Source: an uncultured delta proteobacterium
GTDB lineage: Bacteria > Desulfobacterota > RBG-13-43-22
DNA length: 64,000 bases
Reading direction: 5' to 3'
NCBI GenBank assembly: GCA_963843145.1
Contig: CAWJJC010000005.1
Coordinates: 96,001-160,000, forward strand
The notes under the pieces were generated by a model, which was not told where the DNA came from, searched no databases, and was given only the letters and a program-made list of their open reading frames with translations. Shown here piece by piece: positions 20,122 through 30,479 of this stretch (position 1 is the stretch's first letter; the number at the start of each line of letters is the position of its first letter). A program made the position numbers and the translations under genes.

Positions 20122-20931
20122 TTATCTCGAAACGATAACCATCCGGTAACGGTCGGCCAAGCGGATGGTGGCCTCCTGATCGAAGATTAAGGTCTTCCGG
20201 GCCTCAATGGCCAAGACCGAAGCCTTTACCTCCTGCATGGTGCGGATAGTCTGCTCCCCAACGGCCGGCAAATCAAAGCGCAGGTCCTGAATAGGCTTGC
20301 TCACCTTGATCACCACCGCTTTTTCCTTGGCCAACCGTCCTCCCCGCCGGATGGTTTCGTCGGTTCCTTCTATGGCCTCTACAGCCACCACCGCTCCCTT
20401 CCGGACCACCAGACATTGTCCGATATCCAATTTCCCCATTTCTTTGGCCAGGGGCCAGCCAAAATCGATATCCTTTTGCTCCTCATCCGTGGGCCGACGC
20501 CGGGTTAATACCCCGGGAGGGGCCAAGAGGGAGGGCAGGAGCGTGGTGGAGGGCAGCACTTCCAGGCCTTCTTTGGCCAGTTCCCGGGCCACGGTCCTGA
20601 GAATCAGGTCGTCCTTCCGCTGCCCCATTTTGGCCATCAGCAAGAGACCTTTCAAGTCGGGGCGAACCCTGGAAAACATCTTTTTCTTGTCGATTCCTCC
20701 GGCCAGGATAACCTGACAGACCGCTTCTTTTTGAAAGATTTTAACCAGCTTGCCGAATTCTCCCAACCGAATCCAGTGCAGGCTCTCCACCCAGGGTTCC
20801 AGCTCCGGCTGCGTTTCCCCCAAGTGGGCCACGGCGATCATTCTTTTTCCCGCCTGCCGGGCGGCCTGCGCGATAAGAATCGGGAAGGTCCCATTCCCCG
20901 CGATGAGGCCGATGGGCGGGGTCTCCTTCAT
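20122..20931 (-). CDS. lpxI: UDP-2,3-diacylglucosamine diphosphatase LpxI
   Basis: IGLIAGNGTFP, DIGQCLVV, AVEAIEGTD, KPIQDLRFDLPAVG. Confidence 0.93.
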   Translation of the reverse strand: MKETPPIGLIAGNGTFPILIAQAARQAGKRMIAVAHLGETQPELEPWVESLHWIRLGEFGKLVKIFQKEAVCQVILAGGIDKKKMFSRVRPDLKGLLLMAKMGQRKDDLILRTVARELAKEGLEVLPSTTLLPSLLAPPGVLTRRRPTDEEQKDIDFGWPLAKEMGKLDIGQCLVVRKGAVVAVEAIEGTDETIRRGGRLAKEKAVVIKVSKPIQDLRFDLPAVGEQTIRTMQEVKASVLAIEARKTLIFDQEATIRLADRYRMVIVSR

Positions 20932-21707
20932 CGACGTGGGATGCCCCGCTTGGAATTACGCACGAAATCCAGGAATTGTTGTACTTCGGGATAAACCGGA
21001 ATATCTTTTTCCACCCGGGCCATGGCCTCCTGAATAGTCAAATGGGAACGAATCACTGTCTGGTAGGCTTTTTTCAGGGCCTGGATGACCTCATTGGAAA
21101 AATTATGGCGTTTCAGCCCGACGATATTCAGACCGAACAGTTTGGCCCGCTCTCCGGAGGCCAGCACAAAAGGGGGGATATCCTGGGAAACCCCGGTTTT
21201 TCCTCCCACATAGGCATGGACCCCGATGCGGACAAACTGATGAACGGCCGCCAGGCCTCCGATGACGGAATAATCCTCCAGGGTCACATGGCCGCCTAAA
21301 GTGGCGACATTGACCATGGTGATCCCGTTTCCCAAGTGGCAATCATGAGCGATATGGATGTAGGCCAAAAGCAAGTTCTGATTTCCAATACGGGTGACGC
21401 CCCCCCCGTCCGGAGTCCCCCGGTTAATGGTGACGTATTCTCGGATCACGTTGTCGTCACCGATTACCAATTCCGTTTTCTCCCCCTTGAATTTCTTGTC
21501 CTGAGGTGCCGTCCCGATGGAGGTAAATGGAAAAATCTGACAGTCTTTGCCGATGCGGGTATATTGATCGATAACCACGTGAGATCCGATCCGCGTCCCG
21601 GAATCGATAACCACGCCGCCCTCGATGATACTGTAGGGGCCGACCGAGACGGTTTCATGCAGTTCGGCTGTCGGGTGAATAATGGCCGTGGGGTGAATAG
21701 TGGACAT
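20928..21707 (-). CDS. lpxA: Acyl-ACP--UDP-N-acetylglucosamine O-acyltransferase
   Basis: IHPTAII, PQDKKFKGE, IREYVTINRGT, HIAHDC, VHQF, GLNIVGLKR. Confidence 0.96.
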   Translation of the reverse strand: MSTIHPTAIIHPTAELHETVSVGPYSIIEGGVVIDSGTRIGSHVVIDQYTRIGKDCQIFPFTSIGTAPQDKKFKGEKTELVIGDDNVIREYVTINRGTPDGGGVTRIGNQNLLLAYIHIAHDCHLGNGITMVNVATLGGHVTLEDYSVIGGLAAVHQFVRIGVHAYVGGKTGVSQDIPPFVLASGERAKLFGLNIVGLKRHNFSNEVIQALKKAYQTVIRSHLTIQEAMARVEKDIPVYPEVQQFLDFVRNSKRGIPRR

Positions 21708-21713
21708 AAAACG

Positions 21714-22175
21714 TTAAGCCTCCTCCAAGACGGAATTTTCTTTTTCATCGGCAATGGCCGCCGTCAATTCGGCTTCGGCCACCAACGTGTTTTTGACCAG
21801 GGCTTTCCCTTGCATTTTCCAAACCCGCTGCCCGCTGCGCAAGGCCGTTAATTCCAAAATTAATTGATCCCCCGGCACTACCGGTTTGCGGAATTTTACC
21901 TTGTCCATGGACATAAAAAAAATTAATTTTCCCTTAAGTCGGGGAAGCGATTTGTAGGCCAGCAGGCCGCCCACCTGAGCCATGGATTCGATAATCAGCA
22001 CCCCGGGCATGACGGGTTTTCCCGGAAAATGGCCCGGGAAAAAAGGTTCATTAAAGGTCACGTTCTTCAATCCGATAATTTTTTCATTGGCCACCCAATC
22101 CAGGATCCGGTCGACCAGCAAAAACGGGTAGCGGTGAGGCAGGAGGGTTAAGATTTCTTCATGACTAATCTCCAT
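21714..22175 (-). CDS. fabZ: 3-hydroxyacyl-ACP dehydratase
   Basis: [33 protein letters not shown]. Confidence 0.96.
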   Translation of the reverse strand: MEISHEEILTLLPHRYPFLLVDRILDWVANEKIIGLKNVTFNEPFFPGHFPGKPVMPGVLIIESMAQVGGLLAYKSLPRLKGKLIFFMSMDKVKFRKPVVPGDQLILELTALRSGQRVWKMQGKALVKNTLVAEAELTAAIADEKENSVLEEA

Positions 22176-23244
22176 GATGGGTGCTCCTTCCCTTTTCAAG
22201 TATAGCTTCCAGGCTTCGAATCCGTTCTTCCAGGGCCCGGATTTGCTGCTGCATTTCCGGCAGCCGTTGGATCAGCATTCGGGTGCGCAAGTACGTTTGA
22301 TGGGGCATGGTGGGGTTGCCGGAAACGATCTGGCCGGCGGGAATCGATTTGGCCACCCCCGACTTGCCGCCCACCATGACGCCGTCTCCAATGGTGATAT
22401 GGCCGGCCACCCCCGCCTGTCCGGCCAGAATCACATTTCGACCGATGACGGCGCTGCCGGAAATCCCCACCTGGGCGATCAGGAGAGAATTCTCCCCCAC
22501 CACCACGTTATGGGCGATGTGGACCTGATTGTCGGTCTTAACCCCGGAACGAATCCAGGTTCTGCCCAAAGCCGCCCGGTCAATAGTATTGTTGGCTCCG
22601 ATTTCGCAGTCATCATCAATCTGGACCGTTCCGACCTGCGGAATCTTAATGTGGCGTTCCCCATCACGGGCAAACCCGTAGCCGTCGCTGCCGATAACCG
22701 TCCCGCTGTGGATGATCACCCGAGCGCCGACCGCGGTCCCGGACAGGATGGAGACATTAGGATAGATGATCGTCTCCCGCCCGATCCGGGTCTCATCCCC
22801 CAGGTAAACCCCCGGATAAAGACAAACGCCCTCCTCCAACGTAACCCGGTTTCCGATATACACGAAGGGATAGACGGTTACGCCCTCGCCTAATTGACAA
22901 TCTTCCCCCACCCGGGCCAAGGAGCTGACCCCCCCCGGATGATTCGCTGGGGGGGCGAAATACGCGGCGATCCGGGCGTAGGCCAAATACGGATTGGAGG
23001 TGATGAGGACGGGTTTGGAAGTCTCCGGAGCCTGAGGGCCCACAATAATAGCCGCAGCCCGGGTCTTTTCCAATTCCGGGGCATAACGGGGATTCACCAG
23101 GAAAGTGATTTCTCCCGGGCCGGCCTCGCGCAGGCTGTTAATCCCTGAAATCAATCCCGCGGAAGGGCCTCTGATTTCTCCCCCCACGATCTCGGCTAAA
23201 CGGGAAAGAGGGACCCCCGGGGTTTTGGCGGACGGCGACGGCAT
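22165..23244 (-). CDS. lpxD: UDP-3-O-acylglucosamine N-acyltransferase
   Basis: Hexapeptide repeats, GSDGYGF, KIPQVG, IGANNTIDR, DNQVHIAHNV. Confidence 0.96.
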   Translation of the reverse strand: MPSPSAKTPGVPLSRLAEIVGGEIRGPSAGLISGINSLREAGPGEITFLVNPRYAPELEKTRAAAIIVGPQAPETSKPVLITSNPYLAYARIAAYFAPPANHPGGVSSLARVGEDCQLGEGVTVYPFVYIGNRVTLEEGVCLYPGVYLGDETRIGRETIIYPNVSILSGTAVGARVIIHSGTVIGSDGYGFARDGERHIKIPQVGTVQIDDDCEIGANNTIDRAALGRTWIRSGVKTDNQVHIAHNVVVGENSLLIAQVGISGSAVIGRNVILAGQAGVAGHITIGDGVMVGGKSGVAKSIPAGQIVSGNPTMPHQTYLRTRMLIQRLPEMQQQIRALEERIRSLEAILEKGRSTHHGD

Positions 23245-23248
23245 AGGC

Positions 23249-23794
23249 TTATTTTTTTTCTTTCTTTATTTTACCTTCGTTAAAAAGTTTGATCACCTTA
23301 TCCGTAATTTCAATGGCTTTACTGAAAAAGACGACCCCGCTTTTGGCCTCCAGGATCAAGGTATAGCCATCGTCCTTGGCCACCTTGGAGGTCACTTCAA
23401 ATAAATCGTTCAACAGGGGCTGCATGGAATTGTACTCGTCCTTACGCATTTCCTCTTCTTTCTGCTGGACCTGGTCACGGAAATCCTCCTCTCTCCGAAC
23501 CATCTCTTTTTCCCTGTCGCGCCGGACCTCGGCATTAAGCACACTGCTCTTTTTGGCGAACTCTTCCCGCGTTTTCTTCAACTCATCCCTTTTCAGGCTC
23601 AGGTCTTTCTTGATGCGCTCCGACTTGTCCTGGAGGATCTTTTTAGCCTTTTTCCCGGCCTCGGATTGATCCAGACATTTTTGAAGATCCAAAATGCCGA
23701 TTTTTACCGGTTCACTGGCCAGGACCGGAACGGTCCCCCAAAGTCCGAAAACCAACAGCCCCGTTAACATTCCCCTCACTAAAACGTTGAACAT
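23249..23794 (-). CDS. skp: Periplasmic chaperone Skp/OmpH
   Basis: Signal peptide, KIGILDLQK, coiled coil, EITDKVIK; lies between bamA and lpxD. Confidence 0.9.
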   Translation of the reverse strand: MFNVLVRGMLTGLLVFGLWGTVPVLASEPVKIGILDLQKCLDQSEAGKKAKKILQDKSERIKKDLSLKRDELKKTREEFAKKSSVLNAEVRRDREKEMVRREEDFRDQVQQKEEEMRKDEYNSMQPLLNDLFEVTSKVAKDDGYTLILEAKSGVVFFSKAIEITDKVIKLFNEGKIKKEKK

Positions 23795-23815
23795 GAAATC
23801 CCTCCTGCTGTGATA

Positions 23816-26461
23816 TTAAAAAAAGGTGCCAATACTGAATTCCCAGTTATTGCTGTCTTCTCCCGGTTTGGGATCAAGGTTCCAGCCCCATTCCAGGCGC
23901 AAGGGTCCCATGGGGGAATACCAACGCACCCCCAGGCCCGCGGTTTTTTTGAAATTCCCGGCGTCAATAGGATCGCCTTGGTTATAAACGTTGCCGGTGT
24001 CAAAAAAGAGTACCCCCTTAAACCCGAACGAGGGGAAGAGCGGGAAAATGTATTCCAGGTTGAACTGGACCATTTGATCCCCGCCCTCATTTTGACCGGT
24101 CTTCGGATCGATTACCCCGATGGTATTATATTTAAACCCACGGATGGAATTGATGCCCCCCAGGTAAAACTTTTCATAGTCCGGCACCTTGCCGTTTTCC
24201 GTAATGTATCCGGCCTTGCCGTTGATAAAAAACGTGGTCCCCCAGAAAAGGGGAAAATACCAGCCGGAACTGGCCAGGTAGCGGGTGAATTGACTGGTGC
24301 CGCCCAGCGGGCCGCCGGCATATTCCACGGAAGCGCTGTTCAACGACCCCTTGCTGGTATTGAAGAGGACATCCCGGGAATCCCGGCGCAAGGTCAGGCG
24401 GACGCTGCTGGTGGTATTCCTTCCGGCGCTGTTCTGGATCTGACTGGGCGCGTTGGCTTGGACGTTGGTCACATTGGCATCGTCATAGGTATAGGTAACA
24501 TATCCCCGGGTATACTCCCCAAAGAGCAAATAGCCGAGATCGAGGGAACCCCCTAAGCTGTCCTTGTTGTAGGAGTCATATTGGCGGATCCAGTTGTACA
24601 CCGTGGCCCCCAAGGAGAGCGGGATATCGAACAACCAGGGCTCGGTAAAATTCAGGCTGTAGCGATTGGTGTTGCCGCTCAAATAGGCGTCTAAACTCAA
24701 ACGCTGCCCCCGCCCGAAGAGATTCCTCTGGGCGATCGACCCCATCACGGTAAATTGATCCACGGCGCTGTAGCCCGCCCCCACGGAAAAAGAGCCGGTC
24801 ATCTTTTCCTTCACCTCCACCTTCAGGTTCATCCGATCCTCCTGACTGCCGGGAGTGGTGGAGATATTGATTTCCTCGAAGTAATCCAAACGGTTTAAAT
24901 TCTCATTGCTGCGCCGCAGGGCGGCGGCGTCGAATAAGCCCTGTTCGGTCACCTTGAATTCCCGCCGGATCACCTTGTCCCTGGTTTTGGTGTTGCCGAC
25001 GATATCGATCCGTTCAAAATAAACCTTGGGTCCTTTCTTGATCTCATAAACCAAATCCACCTTGGGTTCCGCAGGTTCTTCCGTGATCTGGGGGACGATC
25101 TCGGCGAAGGCAAACCCATCCAGGGAATACCTTTCAGACAGGTGGAGAATATCCTGCCGGATGACCTCCCGGTTATAGTATTTTTCCTTGCGAATGGCCA
25201 AATCGGCCATCATTTTCTCTTTGGGCAGCAGCAGGTCTCCCCGGATATCTACGGTTCCCATCCGATACTGGACGCCTTCCTCTATCGGAATAGTGATATA
25301 CAGCCAGTCCCCCTCGTGCTTGACTTCCGGATCCCCCACCTTGGCCTTCAGATAGCCATGGTTGTAATAAAAGGCGGAAATTTTCTCCACGTCTTTTTCC
25401 AACAGTTCTTTTTTATAGAGCCCCGAAGAGGTGATCCATGAGAGAAAATCCTTCTCGTTGGTTTCCATGATTTTTTTCAATTCTTTTTCTTTAAAGGCCT
25501 TTAGGCCTTGGAAGGTAATGGTCTTGATATAGACTTTCTTTCCCTCGGTAATATTGAAAGTGACCACCACGGACTGCTTGTCCTCCGATTGAACGGTATA
25601 GTTGATCTGGGCGTTGTAATAGCCTTTGGACTGGTAGAAGGTTTTCAGTTTTTCCAGGCTCTCGTTCACGGTATTCAAATTCATAATGGCGAAGGGCTTG
25701 AGGGTCAACTGGTCCTTGAGATCCTCCACCTTCAGTTCTTTGTTGCCTTGGAATTCGATTTTCTTCACGAAAGGACGTTCGGTCACGACGAACACCACCT
25801 TCCGCCCCTCCGGAACCTCCTCGGTTTCCATACGCACATCGGAAAAAAAGCCCATCTTAAAAATGGCCCGGAGATCCTGGTCCAGGGCCTCTGCCTGGTA
25901 GGCGTCACCGGGTTTGGATTTTATCTCCCGTTCTATGGCTTGGGCTTCAATGCGGTGGTTTCCTTTAATCTCAAGGGAGACGATTTTTTGCAGTCCCGAA
26001 AGTTTCAAAGTCAATTCCTTGGAAAACCGCTCGGTCAGCTTTAATATATTTTCCAGCCCTTCCTCGGATAGTGAAAAGGTCAGCGGCGGCCGATCACTCT
26101 GGACCTCGAGGAGATTTCCGGAGAGGGTCAGCCGCTGCCCGATTTTGGTTAGGCTCCCGTAAATGATTTTATCGGCCCCCAGGTTTTTACCAACGGACCG
26201 GAGTTCATCCCAGGCCGAGGGGATGGCTTTGTTCAGCCAGGGCTCCAGATCAGCCAGCGGTACCAGGGTTATCTTCTGCTGACTGAGGTTGGCGTAGAGG
26301 GTCTCCAGCACGTTTTTCTTTAAGTAGGCCAAATCTTCCTGGCTGTAAATAACCAGCGGCAATACCGCTACCCGTTCGGCGGCGGCTGCCTGGGCTGATG
26401 CCCCCGACAACAGGAAACCGAAGACTACTCCTAGAATCGTTCCCCAGCTCTTCCCCTTCAT
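23816..26461 (-). CDS. bamA: Outer-membrane protein assembly factor BamA with an extra N-terminal domain
   Basis: POTRA motifs (GNTKTRDKVIRRE), NLFGRGQ, FTEPWL, FYLGGINSIRGF, SPMGPLR, C-terminal FSIGTFF. Confidence 0.95.
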   Translation of the reverse strand: MKGKSWGTILGVVFGFLLSGASAQAAAAERVAVLPLVIYSQEDLAYLKKNVLETLYANLSQQKITLVPLADLEPWLNKAIPSAWDELRSVGKNLGADKIIYGSLTKIGQRLTLSGNLLEVQSDRPPLTFSLSEEGLENILKLTERFSKELTLKLSGLQKIVSLEIKGNHRIEAQAIEREIKSKPGDAYQAEALDQDLRAIFKMGFFSDVRMETEEVPEGRKVVFVVTERPFVKKIEFQGNKELKVEDLKDQLTLKPFAIMNLNTVNESLEKLKTFYQSKGYYNAQINYTVQSEDKQSVVVTFNITEGKKVYIKTITFQGLKAFKEKELKKIMETNEKDFLSWITSSGLYKKELLEKDVEKISAFYYNHGYLKAKVGDPEVKHEGDWLYITIPIEEGVQYRMGTVDIRGDLLLPKEKMMADLAIRKEKYYNREVIRQDILHLSERYSLDGFAFAEIVPQITEEPAEPKVDLVYEIKKGPKVYFERIDIVGNTKTRDKVIRREFKVTEQGLFDAAALRRSNENLNRLDYFEEINISTTPGSQEDRMNLKVEVKEKMTGSFSVGAGYSAVDQFTVMGSIAQRNLFGRGQRLSLDAYLSGNTNRYSLNFTEPWLFDIPLSLGATVYNWIRQYDSYNKDSLGGSLDLGYLLFGEYTRGYVTYTYDDANVTNVQANAPSQIQNSAGRNTTSSVRLTLRRDSRDVLFNTSKGSLNSASVEYAGGPLGGTSQFTRYLASSGWYFPLFWGTTFFINGKAGYITENGKVPDYEKFYLGGINSIRGFKYNTIGVIDPKTGQNEGGDQMVQFNLEYIFPLFPSFGFKGVLFFDTGNVYNQGDPIDAGNFKKTAGLGVRWYSPMGPLRLEWGWNLDPKPGEDSNNWEFSIGTFF

Positions 26462-26551
26462 AACGCCTTCCCCCCTAAAAAAGTTTTTGCAGTTTGCCAA
26501 AACGTTTCTTATCCCCGGAGAACCCGCCGCAGTCCCCGGCGGCGGTCCTTT

Positions 26552-27271
26552 TCAACCCTCGGCCGATTCCCTGACCTGCCCGTCCCTGATTTCAATCACC
26601 CGCTGAAACCATCCGGCCAGTTCCAGATTATGGGTCACCATAATCAAGGTGATGCCCTGCTCCCGATTCAAATCCATAAAGAGCCTCAGAATCTGCTCAC
26701 CCGTTTTTCGGTCCAGGTTCCCCGTCGGTTCGTCGGCCAGCACCAGCTTCGGTGCTTGAATCAGCGCCCGGGCGATCGCCACCCGCTGTTGTTCTCCACC
26801 GGAGAGTTCTCCGATCCGATGGGTCATTCGATCCTGAAGCCCTACGCGGGTTAGGATCTCCTCGGCCCGGGTCCGAGCCTCGGCCTTGCCCCTCCGGTTG
26901 ATCAGAACCGGCATCATCGTGTTTTCCAGCGCATTAAATTCCGGCAAGAGGCGATGGAACTGAAAAACAAAACCGATCTTCCGGTTGCGAAACCGGGCCA
27001 ACTCCGCGGGACCCAGGTGAAAAATATCCCGACCCTCGAAAAGTACTTCGCCCCGGGTGGGGTGATCCAAGGTCCCGAGGATATGCAACAAAGTCGACTT
27101 CCCCACTCCCGAGGCGCCCACCACGGCGATGGTATCCTGTTTGCTAACCGACAAGGCCAGCCCTTTCAACACGTCTATCCGCTGACCGCCGATTTCATAG
27201 CTCCGATCCAGGTTTTTTACGGCCAGCAGGGGTTGATCGGCCCAATCGGCTTCCTGGTCCCCGTCCATCAT
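26552..27271 (-). CDS. lolD: Lipoprotein-releasing ABC ATPase
   Basis: GASGVGKST, GFVFQFHRLL, LSGGEQQRVAIARAL, ADEPTGNLD. Confidence 0.92.
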   Translation of the reverse strand: MMDGDQEADWADQPLLAVKNLDRSYEIGGQRIDVLKGLALSVSKQDTIAVVGASGVGKSTLLHILGTLDHPTRGEVLFEGRDIFHLGPAELARFRNRKIGFVFQFHRLLPEFNALENTMMPVLINRRGKAEARTRAEEILTRVGLQDRMTHRIGELSGGEQQRVAIARALIQAPKLVLADEPTGNLDRKTGEQILRLFMDLNREQGITLIMVTHNLELAGWFQRVIEIRDGQVRESAEG

Positions 27272-27304
27272 AATACCCTCGCTGACGTATTTCCGGCGAG
27301 TACG

Positions 27305-28552
27305 TTATTCATACCGGAGGGCCTCAACCGGGTCGAGCCGGGAAGCCTGCCAGGCCGGGTACAAGGTGGCCACAAAGGTGATTCCAATGGCGGCGACCAC
27401 AATCAGCAGAATATCGGGCCCTTTCATCAAAACCGGCAGCGAGGAAATGTAATAGACATCGCTGGGCAAATGGATAAACTGATATTTCTTCAGGATTTCA
27501 CATAACCCGATCCCTCCGATGAGGCCCAAGGTCGTTCCCACCACCCCGATAATCAGACCTTCCAAAACGAAAATTTTCATTATGCTGCCGGCCGTGGCCC
27601 CCATGGATTTCAGGACGGCAATATCCTTGGTCTTTTCCATGACCACCATGATCAGCGACGAGACGATATTGAAGGCGGCTACCAAAATGATCAAGGCTAA
27701 GATAATGAACATGACCAGCTTTTCGAGCTTCAGGGCCGAAAAGAGGTTCTTGTTCATGCGCATCCAGTCCTTGGTCCAGTAAGGGAACCCCAATCGGGTT
27801 TTGATCTCTTTGGCGATCCGATCCGCCTCGTAGATATCCCGGGTCTTAACCTCCAGGCCGGTGACGCGCCCGGGCATGGCTAAGAAAGACTGGGCCTGGG
27901 CCAGGGAAATAAAGGCGATGGTGGAATCATACTCAAACATGCCGGATTCAAAGGTCCCGGCCAGCCGGAAGGACCTCATTTTGGGGACCCGACCCAACGG
28001 CGAAACCTCTCCCAGGGGGGAGACCACCGAAACCGGATCGCCTAAAGACAACCCCAACTGCTTGGCTAATTCCTGCCCCAGAATGATCCCCGGCAACGCC
28101 GCGCCGGTCTCTGAATTTTCCCCGGCCGGGGCCTCCAGGGCCTTCCAGGAGCCGGTCCGGATGATCCGGTCCAGGATGATCACCTTTCGGGCACTGTCGA
28201 CCTCTAACCCTCGGAGAACGGCCCCGGTTACCTTCTGCGGGGTATTCAAAAGAACTTGCGTCAGGATAAAAGGAGTCGCCCCGGTAACCCCGGGCACTTT
28301 TTCCACCTGGCCGGCGAGCTGGTCATAATGCGCTACCTGATTGTCCCAGCTCAAGACCAGCACATGGGCATTAAGGCCAAGAATTTTATTCTTTAAATCA
28401 TTTTCAAAGCCGCTCATAACGGCCAGGACGACAATCAAAGCCATCACGCCCAGAGTCACCCCGCCGATGGAAATAAAGGTGATGATGGAAATAAAGGTCT
28501 GCTTCCGTTTGGCTTTCAAATAACGAAGGCTGACGAAAAACTCAAAGGACAT
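27305..28552 (-). CDS. lolE: Lipoprotein-releasing ABC permease LolC/E
   Basis: SLRYLKAKRKQTFIS, AVMSGFE, VAAFNI, DIAVLKSMGA, YPAWQASRLDPVEALRYE. Confidence 0.9.
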   Translation of the reverse strand: MSFEFFVSLRYLKAKRKQTFISIITFISIGGVTLGVMALIVVLAVMSGFENDLKNKILGLNAHVLVLSWDNQVAHYDQLAGQVEKVPGVTGATPFILTQVLLNTPQKVTGAVLRGLEVDSARKVIILDRIIRTGSWKALEAPAGENSETGAALPGIILGQELAKQLGLSLGDPVSVVSPLGEVSPLGRVPKMRSFRLAGTFESGMFEYDSTIAFISLAQAQSFLAMPGRVTGLEVKTRDIYEADRIAKEIKTRLGFPYWTKDWMRMNKNLFSALKLEKLVMFIILALIILVAAFNIVSSLIMVVMEKTKDIAVLKSMGATAGSIMKIFVLEGLIIGVVGTTLGLIGGIGLCEILKKYQFIHLPSDVYYISSLPVLMKGPDILLIVVAAIGITFVATLYPAWQASRLDPVEALRYE

Positions 28553-28619
28553 GGATTTTAAATCCTTCCTCTGATTCCAATCTGAGATTTTGCAACTACT
28601 ATTCTGATTGACAAATTAG

Positions 28620-28763
28620 GATCCTTAAATCCGAAACTCGAAGCACGAAATCCGAAACAAGCACGAACGTCCAAAATCCAAATGATCCAAACAAAAACGT
28701 TCCGAATTTTGAGATTTGGTCATTTGGATTTGTTTCGAGTTTTGAAATTCGGATTTCGGATTT
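28620..28763. repeat. Heptamer-based (CGAAAT-like) palindromic element, copy 1
   Basis: Starts GATCCTTAAATCCGAAACTCGAAGCACGAAATCCGAAACAAGCACGAA; near-identical starts at 56707 and 57668; inverted right arm. Confidence 0.85.
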
Positions 28764-28798
28764 CTAACGTATTTTTATTAAAAGTTACCTGGTCCCCC

Positions 28799-30277
28799 TT
28801 AACTTTCAGGACGAAGTTGGGGAAATAAAATCACCTCCCGGATAGAAGGGGCATCGGTAAAGAGCATGACCAGCCGGTCGATCCCTATCCCTTCACCGGC
28901 CGTGGGAGGCATGCCGTACTCCAGGGCCTGGATATAATCCTTATCCATGGCCTGGGCCTCCTCATCGCCGGCTTCCTTGGCCCTCACCTGGTCCAGAAAA
29001 CGGTCCCGCTGGTCCTGAGGGTCATTCAGTTCGGTGAATCCGTTCGCTATCTCCCGGCCGGAAATAAAAAGTTCAAAACGATCGGTGAGTTCCGGATTGT
29101 CCGGGCTTCGCTTGGCCAAAGGCGACACTTCCACCGGATAGCCGGTGATAAACGTGGGCTGACGCAGCCGGGGTTCCACGAGCTGCTCAAAAATCTTGGT
29201 CAGTGCCTTTCCCGGACCATCCCCGGCCTGAAGCTGGGCGCCCTGCTCCTTGGCCAAAGCCATGGCCTTGGCCGGATTCGTCAGCACCTGAGGGTCGACT
29301 CCTCCCAAGGTCCGGATGGCCTCCAGAAAGGGAATTCTTTTCCAGGGAGGGGTTAAATCGATAGACTCCCCCTGATAGGTTAAAGTTAAGCCCCCTTTTA
29401 TTTCCTCGGCCAACAGGGCCACCAACTCCTCGGTAAAGGACATCAAATCCTGATAGGTGGCATAGGCTTGGTAAAATTCCATCATGGTAAATTCGGGATT
29501 ATGCTGGATGGACAGACCTTCGTTCCTGAAATTGCGGTTGATCTCATACACTCGTTCCAGCCCCCCGATGACCAGGCGCTTCAAATAGAGCTCCGGGGCG
29601 ATCCTGAGGAAAAGAGGCAGGTTCAGGGCGTTGTGAAACGTGCGAAAGGGCTTGGCCGTCGCCCCGCCGGGGATCGGCTGCATCATGGGCGTTTCCACTT
29701 CCAGGAAGCCGCGCTGGTTCATAACGGTCCGGAGCATGGAGATCAGGCGGGAGCGGGTTTCAAATATGCTCCGGACTTGCGGATTAACCAGCAGATCCAA
29801 ATAGCGCTGCCGATAACGATGCTCCACATCGGTCAAGCCATGAAATTTTTCCGGCAGGGGGAGCAGGGCCTTGGCCAGCAGGCTGCATTTCCGGACCAGC
29901 AGGGTCAATTCCCCGGTTTTTGTCCGGAACAAGGTCCCTTCCAGGCTTAAAAAATCCCCCAGATCCACCTTTTTGAACAATCCGAAAGCCTCCGGACCGG
30001 CTATTTCCTTCTTCAGGTAGCCCTGCATGCGGCCGGTGCCGTCCTGAAAATGGAAAAAAACGCTTTTGCCGAAATCCCGGATGGTCATCAATCTCCCGGC
30101 CGTCTGAATCAGCGGCTCCCCATCCTGAAGGAATTCAGCCTGGGATTGATACCGGCTGTGGATGTCAGCAACCTTATGCTTCACCTGGTTGAAGCTGGGG
30201 TAAGGATCGATCCCGGCTTCCCGGAGTTCCTGAATCTTTTTTAACCGCTGCTGACGCAGAAGATTGCTGTCTTCCAT
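28799..30277 (-). CDS. lysS: Lysine--tRNA ligase (class II)
   Basis: YRQRYLDL, FLEVETPMM, GGATAKPF, LRIAPELYLKRL, YGMPPTAGEGIGIDRL. Confidence 0.98.
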   Translation of the reverse strand: MEDSNLLRQQRLKKIQELREAGIDPYPSFNQVKHKVADIHSRYQSQAEFLQDGEPLIQTAGRLMTIRDFGKSVFFHFQDGTGRMQGYLKKEIAGPEAFGLFKKVDLGDFLSLEGTLFRTKTGELTLLVRKCSLLAKALLPLPEKFHGLTDVEHRYRQRYLDLLVNPQVRSIFETRSRLISMLRTVMNQRGFLEVETPMMQPIPGGATAKPFRTFHNALNLPLFLRIAPELYLKRLVIGGLERVYEINRNFRNEGLSIQHNPEFTMMEFYQAYATYQDLMSFTEELVALLAEEIKGGLTLTYQGESIDLTPPWKRIPFLEAIRTLGGVDPQVLTNPAKAMALAKEQGAQLQAGDGPGKALTKIFEQLVEPRLRQPTFITGYPVEVSPLAKRSPDNPELTDRFELFISGREIANGFTELNDPQDQRDRFLDQVRAKEAGDEEAQAMDKDYIQALEYGMPPTAGEGIGIDRLVMLFTDAPSIREVILFPQLRPES

Positions 30278-30479
30278 TGACGAAAACCTTTTCCCCTCTT
30301 ATAGTCCTGAAATGTCCCGGTACGGCCATCTGAACCCAAAACCGGGGACTGAACCGGCGTCGGCCCTTTTGGACGCTCAGAATTTGGCCGGAAATTATAT
30401 AAACTATCTTTTGTAATAGATTATCAAATAATAGTCAAGGATAAAGCCTCAGGGGGCCAGGGAGGGGAAAGGGTCGGGT

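Noticed and set aside
19810-20190. ORF 19810..20190 and the N-terminal extension of 18731..19864 sharing the peptide ESPFAETRRP
   Set aside because: Both read through the inverted arms of the 212-bp element; they are not real proteins.
30410-30427. TTGTAATAGATTATCAA between lysS and the MFS gene as a Fur-type box
   Set aside because: Imperfect palindrome, single occurrence, and it overlaps a likely lysS promoter; too weak to call.
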